A stretch of DNA of 64,000 nucleotides from a virus. Every line of letters starts with the position of its first letter. Within the stretch, counting starts at the first letter, position 1. Below, one piece after another: positions 56,600 to 64,000 of this stretch. The DNA lies in the IMG/VR virus record IMGVR_UViG_3300028563_000016, positions 11,724 through 75,723 of that record; one strand, 5' to 3'. The position numbers were made by a program, and so were the translations under genes. The notes under the pieces were generated by a model. That model saw only the letters and a program-made list of their open reading frames with translations. It was not told where the DNA came from and did not search any database.

Positions 56600-59500
56600 G
56601 AATTTGTCATATTGCCGACGTACATGTCCGCGGATTAACTCGCCATGACGAATTAAAAGAAGTAGTCGAAGCGTTAGTCATTGATGCAAATAATCGTGGT
56701 GGTGTTGATCACATCTTGATTGCAGGGGACACATTTCACACAAAGACGCAAGGCATAACCCCCGAAGTCGTTGACTTTATTAGTTGGATATTCAAGAAGC
56801 TATTGACAATAAAGTGTTGCACACCTGATAAATGCGTAAAAGTTCACATCACGCTTGGCAATCACGACTTTAACCAGATGAACAAGTCGCGAAAAGACAT
56901 CATAACGTCGATCGTGAATTTATTGAATGACGACAACATCAAGATGTACCGTGATTCAGGTGTGTATCAACTGTCGCCAGGATATAACTTGTGTTCGTTT
57001 AGTTTGTTTGATGAACAAAATTGGGACGTAGTAAAGCCAGTACAAAACGAAGTGAACATCGCAACGTATCATGGGCCCGTCAATGGTGCCCAAATGGAGA
57101 CGACAGATTGGAAGGTAGACACGGGACTTGATGTAGAGTTCTTCAATGATTTTGATGTCACAATGCTTGGTGATCTGCATATGCATCAATATCTTGGAGA
57201 ACGAAAGACTTTATCAGGCGACATTCGCCCGTATGTAGGTTATCCCGGCAGTTTTCTTCAAAACACGTATGCAGAGACATTGAAACACGGGTACTTGTTG
57301 TGGGACATTGAAAATAAAGGCGAATGGAGCGTAACATACTGTGAGCTACCAAATCCAAAGCCATTTTTGACAATTCAATGGATGGGCAACGTAGAGGACA
57401 CTGTTGCACAAGTCGTGCGAAAAGATTGTAGAGTACGCGTCAAGAGCGATGGTTTCATGTCGCATAGCGATGTGTTGGAGTTACAGTCACAACTGAAAAG
57501 AATTACGTCTGAATTAACATTCAAATCAGAAAACGTTGTTGACACAAATTCTGTTTGCATTGGTAACGATACAATCTCAAAGACTGATTTGAAGAATTCA
57601 AGTGTTTTGATAAAGTTGGTCAGTGATTATCATCAAAATACTGACATGTCAGAAGATGAATTTGTTACGATGCGCGAGTTGCTTAGGGGTTACTTACAAC
57701 AAGTCACAGACGACACAAGCATCACACAACGCAACGTTAAGTGGTCACCGAAATGGTTGTCGTTCAATAATATGTTTCAGTACGGTGATGGAAACATAAT
57801 AAATTTTGAAAAGCTTTCCGGTTTGTGTGGTATTTTTGGGCCGAATGGTTCGGGTAAATCGTCAATAATTGGAACTACAATTTATTCATTGTTCAATACG
57901 ACTGATCGCGACGGGTTAGTAAATCTACTCATTCCGAACGAACGAAAGACATTTAGTGACACTCGCATGATTGTAGATGTTAATGGCGTAGACTATGTGA
58001 TTGAACGTAACATAGAAAAGTATGAGAAAAAAGGACGAACGTTTGCAAACGCAAAACTGAAACTTTTTAAGGTGAATGAGATAGTTGCAGAAAATGCGTG
58101 CGAAGAGCAAAGGATCGATACTGAAAAGGTAATTCGCAGCATGCTTGGAACTGCTGATGACTTTATGATGACATCAGTTTGTGTTCAAGGCGACGCTGAT
58201 CGTTTTATAAAGCAAGGGTCGACAAATAGACATAAGATTGTATCAAGATTTTTTGAACTTGATATTATCAATAAAATACACGACTTGTGTAAGTCAGACT
58301 TAAACACTGCAAAAAATACAATAAAAGCGCTACGAGACTGTGATTGGGAGACTGAAATTGCAACGCTGAATGACAATTTGATACATGCAAAACAGGAAAT
58401 TTCTAATAAAGAAGTCGACGTCACAAAGATTGATGAAAAAATTGCAGATTTACGTGTAAGCGTTGCACAATTTGGTGAAGTCGTCGTAGTGACGTCAAAG
58501 CAGGTTGATACACAACAAAGCATAGTCGATCAACTAACATTCAAAGAAAAAGAAATTGTTACTAAAATCGGTGACATTAACAAAAATATAACTGACTTCA
58601 ACGACAAGATCGTAAAAATTGATGCAACATTACAGCTAAATGACATAAAGAAACTACAGGAAAAATTAGATAAGTTGGTGAAGTCAGAAACCGACGTAAA
58701 GATAGCTGAACGATCTAAAACTGAAGAAGCGTCGACTTTAGATAGATACACACACTCTTTACAAGTTTTACAAGACGTGCCATGCGGTGGCGTGAATGAA
58801 TTTGGCGGTTGTGTGTTTATAAAGGACGCAAAACATGACGCTGAAAAAATAGAAGAACAAAAGAAGATAGTTTCTGAAATAGTCGACAAAGTGAAGACAA
58901 TTACTGAACAAGTCGATGAGTTGAAAAAAGAAAACGTAAGAGACAGCATTCAAAAGATTGAAAAGCTTAAGCAACTAAAAAATAATATCACCACAAAATT
59001 GTCAGAACATCGCGTTGACATAGTCAAGCTGGAGACAAAACTTGATGCAATCAAACGTAATAAAACAACTGAAATTTTAAAGTTGGCTGAGCTTGAAGTT
59101 GCATATAAAAATGATAAAAATGCCGAACTTGTTGCACTAAAAACAAAGCTTGAAACTTGCATCGCAAAGTCAAAGACGTTGAACAACGAAAAGAACGAAC
59201 TTTCACGCGAATTAGGCAGAACTGAAACTACTCTCGAAAAGACGTTGCTTGATAAAGAAATGCGTGCAAAGGAGCTAAAGCGAATACGCGCATATGAACT
59301 CGTGATACAAGCGTTGTCAAAAAAGGCGATTCCACTCACAATTTTACGTTCACAGCTACCGGTGATAAACAACGAGATTTCAGAGATCCTAAAGGGAATT
59401 GTCAACTTCACTGTTGAACTTGAGATCGAAGAAGACAGCGATACGCTTGAAATTTACTTGAACTACGGTGACAGGCGACGGGTGATTGAACTTGGATGTG

Positions 59501-59769
59501 GCATGGAAAAGTTCATAGCCGCAATGTCAATTCGTGTGGCGATGATAAATGTTGGAACGTTGCCAAAGTCAGACTTGTTTATCATAGACGAAGGATTTAG
59601 TGCTCTCGATGATACAAACACCGAAGCGTGTAATAGATTTTTGTTGTCTTTAAAACGTTATTTTCGGGTTGTGTTTGTCATAGCTCACAGTGATCAAATT
59701 AAGGATACAGTCGACACTGTAATTGAAATCATGAAAGATGATGAAGACAGTAAAATAATTTTTGAGTGA
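56596..59769 (+). CDS. Fused SbcD/Mre11 nuclease and SbcC/Rad50 ATPase
   Basis: ADVH, AGD, GNHD, HG, GDLH, YPGS; GPNGSGKSS, Q-loop VQG, coiled coil, LGCGME, IIDEGFSALD, IAH. Confidence 0.92.
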   Translation: MRICHIADVHVRGLTRHDELKEVVEALVIDANNRGGVDHILIAGDTFHTKTQGITPEVVDFISWIFKKLLTIKCCTPDKCVKVHITLGNHDFNQMNKSRKDIITSIVNLLNDDNIKMYRDSGVYQLSPGYNLCSFSLFDEQNWDVVKPVQNEVNIATYHGPVNGAQMETTDWKVDTGLDVEFFNDFDVTMLGDLHMHQYLGERKTLSGDIRPYVGYPGSFLQNTYAETLKHGYLLWDIENKGEWSVTYCELPNPKPFLTIQWMGNVEDTVAQVVRKDCRVRVKSDGFMSHSDVLELQSQLKRITSELTFKSENVVDTNSVCIGNDTISKTDLKNSSVLIKLVSDYHQNTDMSEDEFVTMRELLRGYLQQVTDDTSITQRNVKWSPKWLSFNNMFQYGDGNIINFEKLSGLCGIFGPNGSGKSSIIGTTIYSLFNTTDRDGLVNLLIPNERKTFSDTRMIVDVNGVDYVIERNIEKYEKKGRTFANAKLKLFKVNEIVAENACEEQRIDTEKVIRSMLGTADDFMMTSVCVQGDADRFIKQGSTNRHKIVSRFFELDIINKIHDLCKSDLNTAKNTIKALRDCDWETEIATLNDNLIHAKQEISNKEVDVTKIDEKIADLRVSVAQFGEVVVVTSKQVDTQQSIVDQLTFKEKEIVTKIGDINKNITDFNDKIVKIDATLQLNDIKKLQEKLDKLVKSETDVKIAERSKTEEASTLDRYTHSLQVLQDVPCGGVNEFGGCVFIKDAKHDAEKIEEQKKIVSEIVDKVKTITEQVDELKKENVRDSIQKIEKLKQLKNNITTKLSEHRVDIVKLETKLDAIKRNKTTEILKLAELEVAYKNDKNAELVALKTKLETCIAKSKTLNNEKNELSRELGRTETTLEKTLLDKEMRAKELKRIRAYELVIQALSKKAIPLTILRSQLPVINNEISEILKGIVNFTVELEIEEDSDTLEIYLNYGDRRRVIELGCGMEKFIAAMSIRVAMINVGTLPKSDLFIIDEGFSALDDTNTEACNRFLLSLKRYFRVVFVIAHSDQIKDTVDTVIEIMKDDEDSKIIFE

Positions 59770-60064
59770 AATTATGACTTTTGAACCTTATCTAAAAGAT
59801 CGTCTTATTGAGCGACATGAGAACTACGTCGTGATTGTGCCAAAAGATGTAAACCAGACAATGCCTCTTGCGTGTCCTGTGTGTGATTATTTATTCTCTT
59901 CAAAAGAGGACGAAGATAGCTATGAAGAGTTCTCTTGCTGCGAATTTTGTTCAACGACATGGGCATACTCACATCGAAAGCAATGGGAAGAAGGATGGCG
60001 ACCAAGTAAGAATGAAGTTGAAGAAAAAATGAGCGAGAGACAAAGTACGACTGTGATGTTTTGA
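59762..60064 (+). CDS. Hypothetical zinc-binding protein
   Basis: CPVC...CCEFC...W.EGWRP. Confidence 0.7.
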   Translation: MSEIMTFEPYLKDRLIERHENYVVIVPKDVNQTMPLACPVCDYLFSSKEDEDSYEEFSCCEFCSTTWAYSHRKQWEEGWRPSKNEVEEKMSERQSTTVMF

Positions 60065-60073
60065 TATTTATAG

Positions 60074-60460
60074 ATGGTTAACATGAAAAAGATCGATTTG
60101 AGTAGTTTGGAACAATGTATTGATACGTCCTGGGGGCGGTCTTCAACACCACTGACTGCAACAATGTCTGTGAAATACACGCTTGCGGGTGACACGATTG
60201 TTGCGAGTTATCAGGCTCTCGTCACACTTGTCACTGAACGCCAATTGATAGAATTAAAACGTCGTTATAAAGAAGAGAGCGACGCTGTGATTGAGGCGTC
60301 GTTGAAGAACGTTCAGAAGAATTACAAAGAGTTAACTGGACAGACGATAAAATTTACGCAGCTTGCGTATGATGACAGCATTGAAGTGATAAACATGAAC
60401 TCGCATAATTCGAGGCGCACGGCACTTTATCGTCGAAAGTCAGTCTTTGAAATGAAGTGA
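60074..60460 (+). CDS. Hypothetical protein
   Basis: IDTSWGRSST; late-type motif upstream. Confidence 0.7.
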   Translation: MVNMKKIDLSSLEQCIDTSWGRSSTPLTATMSVKYTLAGDTIVASYQALVTLVTERQLIELKRRYKEESDAVIEASLKNVQKNYKELTGQTIKFTQLAYDDSIEVINMNSHNSRRTALYRRKSVFEMK

Positions 60461-60490
60461 TTTTTTTGAAGTGCACGCATACTTATTTGT

Positions 60491-62155
60491 GTGGCAGCTA
60501 AAAAAGTACAGCGTAAAGATCAGGTTGATGAAATAATAAAATGTGGCAAAAATCCCGTTTATTTCATCAACAAGTACTGTAAAATTAGACACCCAGTGAA
60601 AGGAATAATTCCTTTTAGCACATATCCATTTCAGGACGATTGTATTGGTGCGTTTGAAAAGCACCGCATGAATATAGTCTTGAAGGCGAGGCAGTTGGGA
60701 TTGTCAACTGTAACCGCCGCATATGCAACGTGGCTCGCGCTCTTTCACAAAGACAAGACAATATTGGTCATTGCTACAAAGATGAGCACGGCATCACAGT
60801 TTCTTAAAAAAGTGAAAGTGATGCTCGAATATTTACCTGTGTGGCTTGTGTTGCCTGAAGTCACGGTGACAGGAACAGAAATCAAGTTTGATAACGGCTC
60901 AACTGTCGTTGCAATTCCAACGAGTGCAGACGCTGGACGATCTATGGCACTTTCGTTGCTCATATGCGATGAAGCGGCGTGGATACAAAAAATGGAAGAC
61001 ATCTGGACTGGGTTGTCACCCACGATTTCAGAAGGTGGAAACGTAATACTCCTTAGCACACCAAATGGCATGGTTGGAACCGGCGGTTTGTTTTATCGTT
61101 TGTATTCACAAGCTTGCACAGGACTAAATGAATTTAATCCGATATGTCTCCCGTGGAACGTGCATCCAGAACACAATGAGGCGTGGTTCATCAAAGAAAC
61201 GTCAAACATGTCAAAAAAGAAAATAGCACAAGAGTATGTGTGCGACTTTTTGACGTCTGGCGACACTTTCCTTGAGCCCGAAGAAACTGAATACCTTAAA
61301 TTTAGCATATTACAGCCAATAGAAAAACAAAGTATCGTAGACAATTATGGCACAGGAAACGACAGATCGATTTGGATATGGAAACGTCCTGAACTCACAA
61401 AAAAGTACGTACTTTCTGCCGACGTTGCGCGCGGCAACGCACATGATTACTCTACATTTCATGCAATAGATGTAGAGACGTGTGAAGTGTGTGCAGAATA
61501 CATGGGAAAGATACCTCCTGAAAAGTTTTCAGACGTGTTAATCGATTATGGACACATGTACAATGATGCTTTGCTCGTCGTAGAGTTAAATTCGTTCGGG
61601 TATACAACGAACGCAGCAATCCGCGACGCAAAGTATCCACACGTGTTTTACGAAAAAGGAAAGAGTGATCCGTTCAATTTTAAACCGCCTGATGATGGCG
61701 AAGTCATAACACCTGGATTTAATACCAATGGCGCAGTGCGTCTTCCAATGCTCACAAAACTGGCAGAGCTAATTCGAACAAAGAAACTCAAGATTTATTC
61801 ACAGCGCTTTTATGATCAAATTCAAGGTTTCATGTGGATGGGTAATAAACCACAAGCCGCAAAGGATAACTTTGACGACTTAGTAATGAGCCTTGCGATA
61901 GGTTTGTGGCTCGTTGAAACAGTGCCAGTGATAGACGATAACCTCGCTGACATGACGAGAGCGATGTTGAACAGCGTTAGCGTTGAAAAAAGATCGTCTG
62001 AACACATGCCACGAATGAACGAGGTATCACCATTAATAAGCCCTGGAATGATGAACGCTCAGAGCGCGTACAAAGCGCATCACGTTGATACAATGAGGAA
62101 ACAAGTCGTGAATAGATACAGTGAATTGACAAATTTTAGTTGGTTATACAGATGA
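60491..62155 (+). CDS. Terminase large subunit (T4 gp17-like)
   Basis: KARQLGLST, LICDEAAW, STPNG, QEY.CDF, ADVARG..DYS, VELN, DDLVMS. Confidence 0.93.
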   Translation: MAAKKVQRKDQVDEIIKCGKNPVYFINKYCKIRHPVKGIIPFSTYPFQDDCIGAFEKHRMNIVLKARQLGLSTVTAAYATWLALFHKDKTILVIATKMSTASQFLKKVKVMLEYLPVWLVLPEVTVTGTEIKFDNGSTVVAIPTSADAGRSMALSLLICDEAAWIQKMEDIWTGLSPTISEGGNVILLSTPNGMVGTGGLFYRLYSQACTGLNEFNPICLPWNVHPEHNEAWFIKETSNMSKKKIAQEYVCDFLTSGDTFLEPEETEYLKFSILQPIEKQSIVDNYGTGNDRSIWIWKRPELTKKYVLSADVARGNAHDYSTFHAIDVETCEVCAEYMGKIPPEKFSDVLIDYGHMYNDALLVVELNSFGYTTNAAIRDAKYPHVFYEKGKSDPFNFKPPDDGEVITPGFNTNGAVRLPMLTKLAELIRTKKLKIYSQRFYDQIQGFMWMGNKPQAAKDNFDDLVMSLAIGLWLVETVPVIDDNLADMTRAMLNSVSVEKRSSEHMPRMNEVSPLISPGMMNAQSAYKAHHVDTMRKQVVNRYSELTNFSWLYR

Positions 62156-62186
62156 TAACGAGAGAGCATAATATTTATGTGTTATT

Positions 62187-63161
62187 ATGAAGAAATTAAT
62201 TTCTGCGTATGCTATTGAAAATACGGGTACCGCTCACGTCGATGTTAGTGGGTTTGACGTGCCAAAATTGCCTCTTGGCACTGTTCGCGTTGAAAAGATT
62301 GACTTTGTCGATACTTTCAAAAAACAGGTAACAAGAGATGTTTCTTATTGGAAATTTGAAGATAACGTCATAACGGTGAAGACTGCCATTCATGAAGACA
62401 TTGAACTCGTCATTAATCTCGTTCAAGAAGTCGCAATAAAAGTTCTTCAACCACGTTATGAAATGAAGTTTGGACAACGTGGATTGCCAAAAGGTTTCGA
62501 CTTTGGCGTTGTCGTTTGGGGAACAAAGAAAAAAGTAAAAAAGCCGATCACTAACGATGAAAACGAAGAAGATGAATTTGCAGCATTTCGAAATGCTAAT
62601 TTTGAAGCTGATCTTCGTATAAAGACGCAAAAAGCAGCACGAAGAGCAAAACTAAAGGCAGAAAAATCGGGAGAACAAATGGAAAGCAAAAATTCAATCA
62701 CACGTGATCGTCTACAACAGCTCATCAAGGAAGAGTACAACAAGCTCAACGAAGAAATCGATAGCACAGGAATTCGAACCGTCGTCAACTCTGCGTCTAA
62801 GCTTCTTGATGCCATCGCTGCCTTCGAGAAGGATCTTCCACCGAAGTCAGTAGAAGCCACAATCATTCACACAAGTGAACTCAAGAAGTCTCTTGAAGAC
62901 ATGGTGAGCAATCCGGCGAGCTACTTGGTAAAGCCTGTGAAAATGGTCAGTTTGCGTTCAGTAAAAGAAGGCAAAGAAATTGGTAACGATCCAAATAAAC
63001 TTGAAGAAGTTGAACCTGCCGCGTACAAGGCGCTGCCGAGTTCTTACAAGAATGACCATGCGTTGACTTTTTACTACGATGAAAATGGTAGACTGTGTGC
63101 AACACATGACTTGGGCGGAGAATTTTGTTGGAACGGTAAAAAGTGGTCGCGAGCACAATAA
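62187..63161 (+). CDS. Hypothetical, probably head-associated protein
   Basis: Between terminase and portal; ITRDRLQQLIKEE motif. Confidence 0.6.
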   Translation: MKKLISAYAIENTGTAHVDVSGFDVPKLPLGTVRVEKIDFVDTFKKQVTRDVSYWKFEDNVITVKTAIHEDIELVINLVQEVAIKVLQPRYEMKFGQRGLPKGFDFGVVVWGTKKKVKKPITNDENEEDEFAAFRNANFEADLRIKTQKAARRAKLKAEKSGEQMESKNSITRDRLQQLIKEEYNKLNEEIDSTGIRTVVNSASKLLDAIAAFEKDLPPKSVEATIIHTSELKKSLEDMVSNPASYLVKPVKMVSLRSVKEGKEIGNDPNKLEEVEPAAYKALPSSYKNDHALTFYYDENGRLCATHDLGGEFCWNGKKWSRAQ

Positions 63162-63191
63162 CATTATCTTCAACGTGGTTAAATTTATATC

Positions 63192-63602
63192 ATGGCAAAA
63201 ATTTCTCGTGAAGCACTAAAAAACATTGTAAAAGAGTGTTTGATTGAAATTCTTCAAGAAGGTATTGGTGCGTTTCCAAAACGAGTAGTACCTCAACAAC
63301 AAACGGAGATAAGAAAGATAGTTCCACAGCAACGCCCGAAGCAAAGCCCAGCATTGCTGAACGCAATCAAAGAAGTTTCTGGTGGAAACGACATCATGGC
63401 TGAAATATTTGCCGACACCGCAAAGACGACGCTACCAAACATGCTTAGCGAGGGAAGCGAAGGAAATCCATCGTTGAACAACGTTGAACAATTCAATGGT
63501 GCACCTGAAGAAGTCTTTGGCGAGGCTGCGTCTACGTGGGCCGACCTGGCGTTTGCAGCACCAAAGAATCCGGGCTCAGGTGTCAAGATGTTGGATGGGT
63601 GA
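63192..63602 (+). CDS. Hypothetical protein upstream of portal
   Basis: ISREALKNIVKECLIEILQEG; IFADTAKTTL. Confidence 0.65.
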   Translation: MAKISREALKNIVKECLIEILQEGIGAFPKRVVPQQQTEIRKIVPQQRPKQSPALLNAIKEVSGGNDIMAEIFADTAKTTLPNMLSEGSEGNPSLNNVEQFNGAPEEVFGEAASTWADLAFAAPKNPGSGVKMLDG

Positions 63603-63714
63603 GAAAGTAATGCTTCATAAGTCGACGTGTCTTTACGGGCACGTGTGACGTTTAAGGTGACAATAACGACGTGGAGACTTATTTAAATACAATAAGTTTA
63701 TTGGGAATTAAAAG

Positions 63715-64000
63715 ATGAGTAACTCAAAAGACAGAAATTTGTTTCAACAACTGTCAACGCTGTTCAAGAGCGGAAGCGTGGTCAAGCGAAAGATACGAAG
63801 CTTTGACACTGCGATGGCAACACCTGACAAGGTGAAGTCGAGCGGCGTGTTGCTGTTTCAGAAGTCGCTGTCACCGACGTATGCGACGATAACTTCGAAC
63901 GCGTACAACCTCTCTGAGAGGTTAATGAGAATGCAGGATTTTTGTTTATCAGGCGATACGTTGATAGCAACACCTGATGAAAAAGGTTCAAAACGCATTG
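63715..64000 (+). CDS. Portal protein (T4 gp20-like), partial, intein-containing
   Basis: Own translation MSNSKDRNLFQQLSTLFKSG...SERLMRMQDF/CLSGDTLIATPD; open to window end; downstream of terminase. Confidence 0.65.
   Translation, partial: MSNSKDRNLFQQLSTLFKSGSVVKRKIRSFDTAMATPDKVKSSGVLLFQKSLSPTYATITSNAYNLSERLMRMQDFCLSGDTLIATPDEKGSKRI
63943..64000 (+). mobile_element. Intein N-terminus (block A), partial
   Basis: CLSGDTLIATPDEKGSKRI. Confidence 0.8.

Noticed and set aside
1-64000. Eukaryotic giant virus or bacterial chromosome; DGR or retron
   Set aside because: T4-like packaging genes, SD sites and coupled operons indicate a phage; no reverse transcriptase or template/variable repeat pair seen.

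Overview
A 64-kb segment of a large tailed dsDNA phage (T4-like terminase, portal start and gp4-like head-completion nuclease; standard genetic code; host not identifiable). Left part (1-25.3 kb, mostly minus strand): an accessory region with about eight glycosyltransferase-like genes, a NodU/CmcH carbamoyltransferase, two SAM methyltransferases, a UDP-sugar dehydrogenase, a hexapeptide-repeat protein, a lysozyme, a SLOG protein, a ligase-type adenylation domain and what looks like a stand-alone fragment of a major capsid protein. An AGCTA-rich tandem repeat marks the coding-strand switch at about 25.4 kb. Right part (mostly plus strand): GroEL-like protein, ClpP, a DinG/XPD helicase in two genes joined by a naturally split intein, PIN-PhoH, a virion/baseplate block, RuvC, an rtcB remnant next to an RNA ligase and an 8/4-type tRNA-Ser(GCU), primase, fused SbcD-SbcC, terminase and an intein-containing portal (cut by the window edge). 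Six free-standing homing-endonuclease-like genes are interspersed, and two promoter classes are visible, both very close to start codons. Product calls come from recognising motifs by eye; no searches were run.
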